A DNA stretch of 64,000 nt from an uncultured Phycisphaerales bacterium (GTDB lineage: Bacteria; Planctomycetota; Phycisphaerae; Tepidisphaerales; Tepidisphaeraceae): positions 2,208,001 to 2,272,000 of the forward strand of contig CAVWVQ010000003.1 of assembly GCA_963758525.1 (NCBI GenBank). The letters are read 5' to 3'. Numbering within the stretch: position 1 is the stretch's first letter; each line of letters opens with the position of its first letter. This document shows, one piece after another, positions 41,516 to 51,777 of the stretch. The position numbers and the translations under genes are program-made. Below the pieces are notes generated by a model. The model was not told the DNA's origin. It searched no databases and saw only the letters and a program-made list of their open reading frames with translations.

Positions 41516-41570
41516 GTAGCACGGCAGTCTCGGCTGTGGCCGCAAATCACAGCCGAGACGGCTGTGCTGC
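41516..41570. repeat. REP-like doublet beginning GTAG
   Basis: GTAGCACGGCAGTCTCGGCTGTG ... CACAGCCGAGACGGCTGTGCTGC. Confidence 0.8.
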
Positions 41571-41629
41571 AGGGGAGCCGCCGTCCGCTCGCTTCGAAAT
41601 AATGTCAGCAACTGAATCCGTGTGGGTTT

Positions 41630-42973
41630 CTATCGTGCCGCCGGCTGCGAGGCGGGTGATGCTGGCGGATCCCCTGCCGGGGCAATGACGGGCATTCCGT
41701 CGACGTCGATGATCTTCTGAATGCCCGTGTACTTGGCGACCGGCAGCTTCTGCAGGGCGAGCTTCGCATCGCGGCGTAATCCTTCTTCCTGCGCCACGCG
41801 AGCGGCCCGCTCGGCCTGAAGCGAATTGAGATCTTTCGCCACGTCGTAGTAGCGCTGCGGATAGGGAAGACGAACCGTTTTGCCCGACGAGTCGGTCACA
41901 AGGGTTTCGGCGTCGATCTGACGCAACTCGTTCTGATCTTCGGAAATCGTCCGATCGATCGCGTTGATGCGGGCCTGCAGCGCGTCAAAGTCCTTGGACA
42001 TCTGATCGATCTGCCCGCGAATTTCCTTCTCCTGTGCCGCGAGCTGATCGGCCTGGGCCTGCGTGACCCAGGTCGCGCCCCAGCGCGTCATGCCGCGCTC
42101 GGCCATCTTCTTCTGCAGATCGTCGTCCTGCTCCTTGAAGTGCCGCACGACCTTGGCAACCACCGGACCTTTGCGCTGGCTTTCGGGCAGCGCATTGAGG
42201 GCTTCGGCGACGTTGTCCAGAATCTCCCGGCTGGCGGGCGCGGCGAGCATTGCGGCGTCATAATCGTTAAGCGCGGCGGTCATCGCGTTCTGCCGCCAGA
42301 GGATGACCGCCAGGTTGTTGAGCGTGGGGGCGTGATCCGACGCCTGGGCACAGACGGCTTCAAATGCCTTGCGGGAAACCGGGAGCTGCTCCTGCCGATA
42401 AAAGAGAACCCCGCGAAGATACAGCAGCGAGACGTTTTGCGGATCGTCGGCCAGCGCCCGATCGAGCACGGTTGCAGCTTCCTTCAGACGGCCCTGCTTC
42501 ATCGTTTGCCGCAGCGCGTCCGCGACGCCGCCCATGCGCCGCTGGATATCGGCCTGCTCCTCGACGGTCATCCATTTGGACCCGACCTTGACCAGGCCGC
42601 GCGCCTGGCGATCCTGCCAGACGTCGACGTCCGCCTGAGCCTGCGTGGCCGCGGGAGTGCCGGGGTTTTGCTGGATGAAGTTCGCGTACCGCTCCAGTAT
42701 TGTTTTGATGTCGGGAATATTCTCGACCGCGCGCCGCAGCGAACCGAGGCGCTGCATCGACGCTTCGGGCGTCGAGGCGGGCTTCAGCTCGATCGAAGCG
42801 ACATTCTCCAGCGGAACCTGCGTCGTGTCGCCATCCGCCGTGTGAACGCGATACCCGTCCGGCCCCTTCTTGATCTCCCCCTCCAACTGCGTCCCGTCCT
42901 TGAGATGAATAATGTCCCCGGCGGTCCATGACCCCAGCAGGCCGATGAGCATCAGCGGCAACAGGCGTTTCAT
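41630..42973 (-). CDS. Secreted TPR-repeat protein with coiled-coil C-terminus
   Basis: Signal peptide; DIIHLKDG..LEG; LYLRGV, TLNNLAVIL TPR-like repeats. Confidence 0.8.
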   Translation of the reverse strand: MKRLLPLMLIGLLGSWTAGDIIHLKDGTQLEGEIKKGPDGYRVHTADGDTTQVPLENVASIELKPASTPEASMQRLGSLRRAVENIPDIKTILERYANFIQQNPGTPAATQAQADVDVWQDRQARGLVKVGSKWMTVEEQADIQRRMGGVADALRQTMKQGRLKEAATVLDRALADDPQNVSLLYLRGVLFYRQEQLPVSRKAFEAVCAQASDHAPTLNNLAVILWRQNAMTAALNDYDAAMLAAPASREILDNVAEALNALPESQRKGPVVAKVVRHFKEQDDDLQKKMAERGMTRWGATWVTQAQADQLAAQEKEIRGQIDQMSKDFDALQARINAIDRTISEDQNELRQIDAETLVTDSSGKTVRLPYPQRYYDVAKDLNSLQAERAARVAQEEGLRRDAKLALQKLPVAKYTGIQKIIDVDGMPVIAPAGDPPASPASQPAAR

Positions 42974-43080
42974 TCCACAGCTCCGCGGCAGTGCGCCCCT
43001 CGTTCCTTAGGACAATTTTAGCCGATCAATGTTGGTCAGGAAATGATTTTGTGAACAATTGCGGACCCCCCCGCGGCGTG

Positions 43081-43174
43081 GACAACGGCAACGCACCAAT
43101 CCCGGGGCCGGGTTGGTTCCCGCTTTGGTCATTGCGGCTTGGGATTTGTCGGCCATTGGGCGTTGGCCATTTCT
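43081..43174. repeat. Second copy of the TTGGTCATT-family element (right arm conserved)
   Basis: 43125-43174 TTGGTCATTGCGGCTTGGGATTTGTCGGCCATTGGGCGTTGGCCATTTCT closely matches 10330-10380. Confidence 0.85.
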
Positions 43175-43184
43175 TCGTCTCTCT

Positions 43185-44849
43185 CTACTTCGAGCGAAGA
43201 AACAGAATCGACCCATCGGCGCTGGTCTCAATGTCAAACCACCCCAAATTCAGCAGATTGGCCAGTTCCATCTCCAGGAGGCGCGGGCCGATGTCCGGCG
43301 GTGACTGGGGGACGCGATGAGCGAAGGAGAGCAGCATCGACCGGACGGCAACTTCCAGTTGGCCGTCGGTGCGCTGATGAACGAGTTCGATTTCGTTTTT
43401 GGGGCCTGCCAGATTTGCCAGCAGCGCGCGGAGGGCGCAGCGCATTGGCGCGTATTGACGAGGGGGAACCGACTCATTTTCCCACTGCGCGACGACGGCT
43501 TTCATGAGCCATTCAATCCCCTCGGCTGTGGCCGGGGCCAGCAGGCGCGGCGACTCGTGAGAGAGGGGCCGGCTGGTCGGGCCGTGACGGCAAATCGTTG
43601 GGTGGGATTCGAAGAGAGCGGCGCCGCGACTGCCGACGTCGATACGCGACTGGCCGTCACCGGCGCCGAGCCGGCTGATGGCTTGCGAGGCATCGGCGGC
43701 GTTGGTGAGCCGGAGGAACGGTCGCACGGCGGTGGCGGGACGCTTGCTGCTGTCGTCGGCGAAGAGGATCGCCTTGCCGGCGGCGGCGCGGATGCGCGCG
43801 TCGAGCAGACGCGGGATCGAGGCGGACAAGCCGAGCAGATCCAGCGTCTGCTGCGACGGCATCTCGATCTCCATGTCCGTCGAGTAGGCAAAACAGTACT
43901 TGGCCAGTTGATCCGCGAGCTGAATCAGGTGGACCGCCTTGCGGATGGCAATGGGATCGTGCGGCTCAAATGCCTTGTCGGGCTGATGGTGCCAGCGGAT
44001 CGCCTGCGTGAGATCGGCAGGAAGCTTCCAGCGCAACGCCAGCGTGGCGCCCAGGACGGCGTGATCGGCGCCGAAGACGCGGCGTTCGCGATCCAGGCGC
44101 GATTCGGCGGGATCGGGCGTGGCGGCATGCAGCGAGGCGACGCGATCGGGAAACTGCGCGACGATCGCCAGCCGCCCGATGTCGTGCAGAAGGCCGAGCG
44201 TGGCAACGAATCCGCGGTCCACGTCGCCGATGCGCTCGGCAAGGGCGTCGGCAATGTAGGAGACGGCCAGCGAATGGATCCAGAGGTCCTCGGTTTCCAC
44301 CGCGGTCGCGGGATCGCGCGGCGGCATGACCTGTTCGAGACGCAGTTGCACGACGAGCGAGCGAACCACGCCAAAGCCCAGATAGCTGACCGCCTCGGCA
44401 ACGCTCGTCACCTTTCGCGAAAGACCCGATGCCGCTCCATTGACGGTTCGGAGCAGCGACGCGGCAAGCGACGGATCGTTGGCGGCGATATTCGCGACGC
44501 TCGCCGCGGTGGAGTTGGGATTCTGGATTTCACGCAACAGCTCGAGCACCACCATCGGAAGCGGCGGCAGCAAATTGAGTCCCTGACGCACTTCCGGCAG
44601 AACTTCGTCTACCGAATGGTCCAGATCGCCGGTGTGAGGGACCCGGATGTGGTAGCCGCCGGGCGCAACGACGAAGTCGCCTTCGACCTCCCCCGCGGTC
44701 GAGCGAGCGGAACCCTCAGGCGCGGCACTGGGCGCCGAGACGCTGCCACCGCCACCGAACAGACGTTTCAGCAGCGCGGCGAGCCATTGTGAAAAGCCCG
44801 CTGGCTGCGATTCGACGAAGTTTTCGGTGCCGGTCAGTTGTCCTGCCAT
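43185..44849 (-). CDS. HDOD domain protein with uncharacterised C-terminal domain
   Basis: LPPLP, DPSLAASLLRTVN, LWIHSL, GLLHDIGRL, DHAVLG...WKLP, IRWHH. Confidence 0.88.
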   Translation of the reverse strand: MAGQLTGTENFVESQPAGFSQWLAALLKRLFGGGGSVSAPSAAPEGSARSTAGEVEGDFVVAPGGYHIRVPHTGDLDHSVDEVLPEVRQGLNLLPPLPMVVLELLREIQNPNSTAASVANIAANDPSLAASLLRTVNGAASGLSRKVTSVAEAVSYLGFGVVRSLVVQLRLEQVMPPRDPATAVETEDLWIHSLAVSYIADALAERIGDVDRGFVATLGLLHDIGRLAIVAQFPDRVASLHAATPDPAESRLDRERRVFGADHAVLGATLALRWKLPADLTQAIRWHHQPDKAFEPHDPIAIRKAVHLIQLADQLAKYCFAYSTDMEIEMPSQQTLDLLGLSASIPRLLDARIRAAAGKAILFADDSSKRPATAVRPFLRLTNAADASQAISRLGAGDGQSRIDVGSRGAALFESHPTICRHGPTSRPLSHESPRLLAPATAEGIEWLMKAVVAQWENESVPPRQYAPMRCALRALLANLAGPKNEIELVHQRTDGQLEVAVRSMLLSFAHRVPQSPPDIGPRLLEMELANLLNLGWFDIETSADGSILFLRSK

Positions 44850-45038
44850 GGGTAGTCACCTGTGAGATTCGGCCGCGCGGGACGACTCCTCGCCGCAGTT
44901 CACGGTCCGCTATCACGTTTCTTCGGAAGTTTGTCCCGGTAAGTTTTGCCGAAAATGCGGATGAGGCGGCCGCGCAGACGCATGCCGCACGCTGCGGGTT
45001 AAACGCGGAACCTGCAGCGGCATGGGACGATCGCGTCG

Positions 45039-45359
45039 ATGACTGTTTATTATCGGCGGGTGAGCATGCGGCGAATATTCTGTTATCCTGCGGGAGAGGT
45101 CGGGTATGCTTCGACCTATTTTGTAACACTGGATGGGCGGTCAATGCGTGGTTTTGCATATGAGACTGTGACGGCAGCGTCGGCTGAGCGGAGCCTTGCA
45201 GGTTTTCTGATGACATGGTCGAACGCCTCCGATCCGGAGGTATACGAACAGGCACTTGAGCTTTGGAGCCAGCATCCCGGCGCCTTTGGTGCGCTCGAAT
45301 CGGAGCGGCGCGTGCGACCCGGACTTCCGCCCCACTATCCGCGTCGATCGATTGCCTAG
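45039..45359 (+). CDS. Hypothetical protein
   Basis: Protein-like composition and fills the gap before thiE; no motif recognised. Confidence 0.4.
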   Translation: MTVYYRRVSMRRIFCYPAGEVGYASTYFVTLDGRSMRGFAYETVTAASAERSLAGFLMTWSNASDPEVYEQALELWSQHPGAFGALESERRVRPGLPPHYPRRSIA

Positions 45360-45375
45360 ATTCCCAGAGCCGACG

Positions 45376-46476
45376 GTGTCAGGGCAACCTTCAAATCCAC
45401 TCTCGCCCCCTCCCTCTTCCACGGAGCCCTCGGCGGGAAGCGGCAACCCCCCCGAGCTGCGCGGTGTTGCGGCTGCTGGACGCCAACTGCAATCGTGCGC
45501 GTGAAGCACTCCGTGTGATGGAGGACTACGCGCGGTTTGTGCTTGACGATGGCGCTTTGAGCGGCCGGATCAAAGCCCTGCGCCACGATCTGGCGGCCTC
45601 AACGCGGGATTTGGCGGGTGAGGCGATTCTCTGCCGTGACACGCCCGGCGATGCGGGACGGGCAAATAAGACCGATTCGGAGATGCGGCGAAGCGACATC
45701 GCCGACGTGGTGACAGCCGCCGGCAAGCGGCTTGGCGAAGCATTGCGGGCGATCGAGGAATATCTCAAGGTGCAATCACCCGCACAGGCGGCGCTGGTCG
45801 AATCGATTCGCTATCGCTTTTACGACGTGGAACTGCAGATTGCGATCACGTTCCGCAATCCGGCGCGATTCGACGCCGTCCGACTCTATGTGTTGATCAC
45901 CGAATCGATCTGCGTGCGGCCCTGGCTGCAGACGGCCGAACTCGCGCTGCAGGGCGGCGCGGATTGCCTGCAGCTTCGCGAGAAGAGCCTGGATGACGGC
46001 GAACTGCTCCACCGGGCGCGCCAGCTTGTGAAGCTCTGTCGTCAATACGGTGCGCTGTGCATCATCAACGATCGACCCGACATTGCACTGCTGAGCAGCG
46101 CGGACGGCGTGCATCTGGGGCAAGACGACATCCCGGTTTCCGAGGCGCGGAAAATTCTGGGGCGATGGGCAATGATCGGCGTCAGCACGCACAATCTGGC
46201 ACAAGCGCACCGCGCCAAATCGACGGGGCCAACTATATCGGCGTCGGGCCGTGCTTCGTCAGTGGCACCAAGCCGCGCGGATTTGTCGCGGGCCTCGACT
46301 GGCTGCGCGAGATCGTGGACAACATTCAAATTCCCGCGGTTGCGATTGCGGGGATCACTGAGGCGAATGTCGATGAAGTGAAGAAGGCCGGCATCGGACG
46401 AATCGCTGTCACCGCGGCAGTCGCAGCCGCGGAAGATCCGCTCACCGCCGCGAAAACGCTCAAGGCGATGTTGTAA
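45376..46476 (+). CDS. thiE: Thiamine-phosphate synthase with N-terminal helical (ThiD2-like) domain; frameshift near 46215, start uncertain
   Basis: RLLDANCNRAREALRVMED, LQLREK, IINDRPD, GVHLGQDD, STH, then YIGVGP..S.TK, AIAGI. Confidence 0.9.
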
Positions 46477-46589
46477 TCAGGAACCCGGGATTCCCGGGCT
46501 CTATATTTGAAGCCGGCATCGCTGACGCCGGACCAGGAACCGCGAGTCGTCGGCTCCGCTGCCGTGATCGCAAAAACTCGGGGAAATGG

Positions 46590-48499
46590 ATGTCCACCGA
46601 AACCGCTGATATTGAACTTGCTGAGCGACCGAGGACCGCGAAGCCGCCGCGCTCATTTCTGGGTCACGCCAAGCTGATCGGCGGATTCACGTTTCTCAGC
46701 CGGATCATGGGCCTGGCGCGCGAAGTCGTGGCCGGGCATTACCTGGGCACCGGCCTGGTTGCGTCCGCGTTCACTGTCGCATTCACGATTCCCAATCTGT
46801 TTCGGAAACTCTTCGGCGAAGGAGCGCTATCGGCGGCGTTCATTCCGCTTTACGCGCAGGAGGTGAAGAGGGAAGAAGAAGGCACGAAGGCACCCGCCGC
46901 GGCGGGTAAACTGCGGCACGAAGGCACGAAGGGTGAGGAAGCCAGAAGCAGGAAGCAAGAAGCAAGAAGTCGGGAGGAGGAAGCCGAATCGGATAGCCTG
47001 CCACGTCAATCAGCCTCTTATCACGTTCCAATCACCAATCACCAGCCTCGCCAGTCGGCGAGCGACTTCGCCGCCGCGAGCGTCAACCTTCTCTGCGTGG
47101 TGCTGGTCGTCCTCACGCTTCTTGGCGAGGCGATCCTCTTCTTCTGCATGTGGCGCGACCCGGGGATGCGGCCGGATCGGCTGCTGATGTTCCGGCTCAC
47201 CGCGATCATGCTGCCTTATGTCGTGCTCATCTGCGGAACCGCATTCCTCGGAGCGATCCTGCAGGTGCACCATCGTTTTGCCGCACCGGCGGCAGCGCCG
47301 ATTCTGCTGAATGTCTGCCATATCCTCGTCGTCTTCATCGGTGCGCGGCTGCTGCATCTGCGGCACGGCACCGATCCGGCGCTGGTCGTCGGGCTCCAGA
47401 CAAAACTCGCCTATTGGCTTTCATGTTTCGTGCTGATCGCGGGCCTCCTGCAGTTCAGCATCCTGCTGCCGGGGCTGCGCGCCGTTGGATTCCGCTTCAA
47501 GCCGGTGCTGCATTTTTGGACCCCGGCGATTCGCAAGATGCTGCGGATGAGCGCGCCGGTGGCGATGGGGGCCGGCGTGCTGCAGCTTTCGGTTCTGCTG
47601 GATAAGGGCATTTCCGTCGTCCTCATGCGTGGCGTCGATTCGGCGGGCCATTCGATCGACTCCTTCACGCTGCTCGGCCATGTCGTCCGCTATCCCATGG
47701 AGATGGGCGCGCCGGCGCGGCTCAACCTCGCCCAATTTCTCTACCAGTTTCCGCTCGGCGTCTTCGCGATCGCCCTGGCGACCGCGATTTTTCCGGGGCT
47801 CAGCGCAGATGCACTGGACAAGGACCGCACGCGCTTCAAAGCGGTGATCCGCCAGGGTGTCGAGGCGACGCTTTGGGAGGGAATCCCCGCGAGCGTCGGC
47901 CTGATTCTCGTTCGCGGGCCCGCCGTTCGACTGCTGTTCCAACATGGTCTGGTCAGCGCGCACGATGCGGCGCTGATCGCGCAATCCGTGCTGTATTACT
48001 CGGCGCAATCTGGGCGTTCAGCCTGCTGCAGATTCTCAATCGCGCGTACTACGCAATGCACGACACGCTCACGCCGCTACTGATGTCGGTGTTGAACATC
48101 GTGCTGAACCTGATTGTCGAGCTGCCGATCATCTGGTGGCTCGGAGAAGCCGGGATGGCGGTGGGGACGCTGGTGAGCTTCGCGATTCAAGCCGTGCTCA
48201 CGCTCTATCTGCTGGATCGACGCGTCGGAGGTTTGGGACTCGGGAGGATCGCCAGGCCAGTGGCAAAGATGTGCGCGGCAACCGCGTTGATGTGGCTCGT
48301 CTGCGTCGGGATGCAGCGTCTGCCGATCTATCCGCATGCCAACGGGCGACTCATCTGGCTCACGCAACTCTGTGCCCTGATGATCGTCGGCGGCGGTGTC
48401 TATCTCCTCACCTGCAAATTGCTCGGAGTTGAGACCATGCAGCAACTGTTGCCCCATGGAGCGGACAGAAACCAATCGCGTCCGGCAGAACTCGATTGA
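46590..48499 (+). CDS. murJ: Lipid II flippase MurJ/MviN, apparent frameshift near 48005, with repeat-derived insert
   Basis: SRIMGLARE, AFTIPNLFRKLFGEGALSAAFIP, QFPLGVFAIALAT, RAYYAMHDTLTP. Confidence 0.93.
46881..47047. repeat. Composite repeat inside murJ: 53-bp GGCACGAA element plus heptamer tracts
   Basis: 46881-46933 is the reverse complement of 53271-53323 with one mismatch; followed by AGAAGCA-type and CCAATCA heptamers. Confidence 0.9.
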
Positions 48500-48710
48500 A
48501 AATTTGCAGTCGTCAGATGCACGCCGACAGGATTTTCCACTCAACCAGCCGCGACTGAATTCGGTCCATTGCCGCGGCACATTGCCGCCGGAGCACGACA
48601 TCATCGCAGCGGATGATTCCATTGATGCGTCGGCGCGGCTATGGATGCCCGCGCCTGGAAACTCCGGGATGATCTCGCGCTGGTTTCAGAAGAATGAAGG
48701 GCGAAGCCGT

Positions 48711-48725
48711 TGGCACCAGTTTTGA
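48711..48725 (+). promoter_or_regulatory. Near-consensus sigma54 promoter
   Basis: TGGCAC-N5-TTGA, one mismatch to TGGCAC-N5-TTGC. Confidence 0.35.
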
Positions 48726-48809
48726 ATGCGCTTGCGCCTGCAGCCCGCGTGTTACCGTCGCTTTCGAACGGCGGTTCGTGGGATGCTCCATTTTCTCAAG
48801 GAGATTGCA

Positions 48810-49049
48810 ATGCGAAGCATCATGGATCCAAGCCATAAGGAAGGCCCGGTCGCCCGGACAATCGAGCAGCAGACTGCCAAGCTCCCATCGGATCTTTTCC
48901 TCTGGCTCGCCGGCGCATCGATCGCCGGATCGCTGACTCTCAAGCTTTTTCGCCAGGATCACCACGCGCTTTTCGTCGGCCAATGGGCACCGACGTTCCT
49001 CCTGCTTGGCCTGTACAACAAGCTGGTGAAAATCGCAGGCTCTGACTAA
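48810..49049 (+). CDS. Small hypothetical membrane protein
   Basis: AAGGAG RBS; EGPVARTIEQQTAKLPSDLFLW...FVGQWAPTFLLLGLYNKLVK. Confidence 0.8.
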   Translation: MRSIMDPSHKEGPVARTIEQQTAKLPSDLFLWLAGASIAGSLTLKLFRQDHHALFVGQWAPTFLLLGLYNKLVKIAGSD

Positions 49050-49174
49050 AGGCGGGGCGCGGCTCGTCCACTTTTTCATCGATCAAAAACGAGACGCGAG
49101 GCACACGAGCTCGGCGTTGCTGTATCTTGCTTGACACCGTCGACCGAATCAGGAATTGCCGGCCCCCCGTACCG

Positions 49175-49189
49175 TGGCACCCACGTTGC
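49175..49189 (+). promoter_or_regulatory. Sigma54 (-24/-12) promoter
   Basis: Exact TGGCAC-CCACG-TTGC about 78 nt upstream of ATG 49267. Confidence 0.6.
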
Positions 49190-49266
49190 CTTACGACCGC
49201 TCCAGCCGCTAAGGCGACGAGGTGTCTCGGTGCAAAACGCGGCGAAGCTATTTTTTTGGAGGTGTC

Positions 49267-49851
49267 ATGCGTAAGCATTCTCACAAGATCGGCCGTTCAA
49301 TTGGCGCAGTTGCGCTCGCTGCCGGCAGTCTTATTTTTCTCGACATTCCCATCAGCCGGGGCAACGCTCCACGGGCAGCGGGGACAGGCAGTTCCCATAT
49401 GAGCATCGCTGCTCAGGTGAGCGGGTCAGGAACCGGGGGCGGCAGCAGCGGAAGTTCCGGCGGCGGGACGTCCGGGTCAGGCGCGGCAGGCTCAGGCGGC
49501 TCCGGAACGTCCGGCTCCGGAACGTCCGGGTCGGACAACGGTGCTGGCAGCAGCGGCAGCACGGGCTCCGGCAGCGGCACCGGTAACACCGGTTCAAACT
49601 CGGGCAATGGCGGCTCCGGAAGCGGCGGCGCCTCGAGTGGCAACGGTGGCACTGGCAGCGGGACCGGCGGCGCCGGCGGGAGCAGCTCCGGCAACAGCGG
49701 CACCGGCACTGGAGGATCGAGCGGCGGCGGCAGTGGGAGCGGAGCTACCGGATCAGGCGGAGCCGGAACGGGCGGAAGCGGTTCTGGAACCGGCGGCACC
49801 GGCGGCGCCACTGGTGGCGGCAGCGGAGCGGGAGGTGGAGCCGGCAAGTAA
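49267..49851 (+). CDS. Secreted Gly/Ser/Thr-rich low-complexity protein
   Basis: GGAGGT RBS; basic plus hydrophobic N-terminus, then mostly G/S/T/A/N. Confidence 0.75.
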   Translation: MRKHSHKIGRSIGAVALAAGSLIFLDIPISRGNAPRAAGTGSSHMSIAAQVSGSGTGGGSSGSSGGGTSGSGAAGSGGSGTSGSGTSGSDNGAGSSGSTGSGSGTGNTGSNSGNGGSGSGGASSGNGGTGSGTGGAGGSSSGNSGTGTGGSSGGGSGSGATGSGGAGTGGSGSGTGGTGGATGGGSGAGGGAGK

Positions 49852-49959
49852 TTCTGCCGACGACTCGCGTCAACAACGTCGTGGTGAGCTGCAACAAAAG
49901 GGGGCTCACCACTGCTTCGCCCCCTGCCACCCCTTCCCTTCCCCGGTTACCATCGGCTG

Positions 49960-51729
49960 ATGGTGCGTGCGAGGGTGCGGATGGGCGCGCTGCTGCTGGC
50001 GGCGCTGGGATTGTATCTGGTGGGAAATGCGTCGGTTCCCCTGATGGATCGCGATGAGCCGCGCTATGCGCAATGCTCGAGGCAGATGCTGCAGAGCGGC
50101 GACTGGGTGGTGCCGCGGCTGTTCGACGAAATCCGCGCAAAGAAGCCGCCGTTGATCTACTGGTGCCAGGCGTCCGTGATGTGGGCCATCGGAGACACGG
50201 CCTTTGCAGCGCGGCTGCCGTCGGTTCTCGCGATCTTCGCGTGCGCATGCCTGCTGGCGCACTTTGTGTGGCAACTGCGCGGGCCGGAACATGCGCTGTG
50301 GACAACGCTGATCTTTTGCTCCACTGCGCTGGTGATCGTCGCGGCCAAGTCTTCGATGACGGACGGAGTGCTGCTGCTCTGGACCGTCATCGGCCAGGCG
50401 TGTGTTTATGCCATTTGGCGGGGAAACCGCTCATGGATCGTCGTGCTGATCCTGGCAGTTGCGATCGCGCTCGGGCTGCTGACCAAGGGGCTGATCGTCG
50501 GAGTCTTGCTGACGACGATACTCGTGCTCTATGGCTTCGGAAGCAGCTTCAAAGCTTACGTCTGGCTTCGCCACCTGTTTAGCCGCGACGCGCAGCGGAC
50601 CGCGTCCAGCAGCGTATTTTGCGATTCAGGCGAGGTACGTCAGGAGGCGTCACTGGACGCGCTCCGCTCCGCGTCGCGGCTGAACAGCGACACGGCGCCG
50701 CCCGGCTGGCAGAACCGCCTCACCCCAACACAGATCGCTCAAGTCATCGTCGGTCTCCTAATCGTCATAGGCATCGTCGGCCCGTGGCTCTATATGGTGC
50801 ATCAGCGATCTCCTGAATTCTTAGGAGCAATGGCACATGAAGCCGAAGGGCATGCGTTCAAGGGGATGGAAGGGCACGGGGGGCCGCCGGGGATGCACGC
50901 GCTGTTCATCTGGGCGGACTTCCTGCCGTGGAGCTTGCTGCTGCCCGCGGCGATGGTCGTCGGCTGGCTGCATCGCGAGGAACCAACGACTCGATTCGCG
51001 CTGGCTGCCGTGATCGGACCATGGCTCATGGCGGAATTGACGATCAAAACAAAATTGCCGCAATACATGCTGCCGACAATGCCCGCCCTGGCGTTCCTGA
51101 CCGCTGACGCGATCGTTCGCGGTCTGCGCGAAAGGGCTTCGGCTTTTTCGTCGCCGCAGTTCGTCGGCGCGGCAACCATCTGGGCGGGGATCATGATGGT
51201 GATCGGGTGCCTGCCGTGGCTGGCGGCACTGCGTTTCCGTCCGCTGCCGTGGATGACGATGTCGATCATTTCCGCCGGCGCAGTGGGTTGGGGCGTTTGC
51301 GTGGTCGCGCTGCTGCGGCGCGGGGAGGAAGCCAAAGGTTTAGGCGCCATCGGAGTGGGGATGATCTGCGTGACGGGGCTTCTGTATGGCATCTACCTGC
51401 CGCGAGCGCAGTTCCTGCGGCTGTCGATCCTCGCTGCGGACGTGCTGCGTGCGAACGGCGTCACTCATCCGGGACAATCTCTGATGACCGATTACAAGGA
51501 GCCGAGCCTCGCCTTTTATCAGGGAGGAACGATTCGCGAAGCCCTCAGCCCGGTGATCGTCCGCGGCGAATACGATCGATGGAAGCCGTGGATGGTGATG
51601 ACCCGCGATGTTTGGAATCGCTCGCCGGACGCGGTGCGCGCTCGTTTGGAAGTCGTCGCGCACTTTCACGGGTTGGCGGTTGCGGACGCCATGCGCGACG
51701 TGGATGTCATGGTGGTCCGGACACGATGA
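49960..51729 (+). CDS. ArnT-like glycosyltransferase (GT39/GT83) with in-frame palindrome insert
   Basis: MDRDEPRYAQ...GDWVVP, KPPLIYW, ARLPS, LTKG, TKLPQYMLP. Confidence 0.9.
   Translation: MVRARVRMGALLLAALGLYLVGNASVPLMDRDEPRYAQCSRQMLQSGDWVVPRLFDEIRAKKPPLIYWCQASVMWAIGDTAFAARLPSVLAIFACACLLAHFVWQLRGPEHALWTTLIFCSTALVIVAAKSSMTDGVLLLWTVIGQACVYAIWRGNRSWIVVLILAVAIALGLLTKGLIVGVLLTTILVLYGFGSSFKAYVWLRHLFSRDAQRTASSSVFCDSGEVRQEASLDALRSASRLNSDTAPPGWQNRLTPTQIAQVIVGLLIVIGIVGPWLYMVHQRSPEFLGAMAHEAEGHAFKGMEGHGGPPGMHALFIWADFLPWSLLLPAAMVVGWLHREEPTTRFALAAVIGPWLMAELTIKTKLPQYMLPTMPALAFLTADAIVRGLRERASAFSSPQFVGAATIWAGIMMVIGCLPWLAALRFRPLPWMTMSIISAGAVGWGVCVVALLRRGEEAKGLGAIGVGMICVTGLLYGIYLPRAQFLRLSILAADVLRANGVTHPGQSLMTDYKEPSLAFYQGGTIREALSPVIVRGEYDRWKPWMVMTRDVWNRSPDAVRARLEVVAHFHGLAVADAMRDVDVMVVRTR
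50575..50687. repeat. TAGCCGCGACGCGCAGCGGA palindromic doublet inside the ArnT-like CDS
   Basis: CTGTTTAGCCGCGACGCGCAGCGGACCGCGTCCAG pairs with CTGGACGCGCTCCGCTCCGCGTCGCGGCTGAACAG. Confidence 0.9.
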
Positions 51730-51777
51730 TCTGATTGACAGCGATTGAGATGAGCTGCGGTGAAGACTTGCTCCCGA

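Noticed and set aside
45100..45460. TPP riboswitch upstream of thiE
   Set aside because: No recognisable CTGAGA / ACCTG core in the expected arrangement
49420..49850. Gly-rich tract as a non-coding repeat, or the Pro-rich antisense ORF as a gene
   Set aside because: RBS, signal-like N-terminus and varied Gly codons favour the plus-strand CDS
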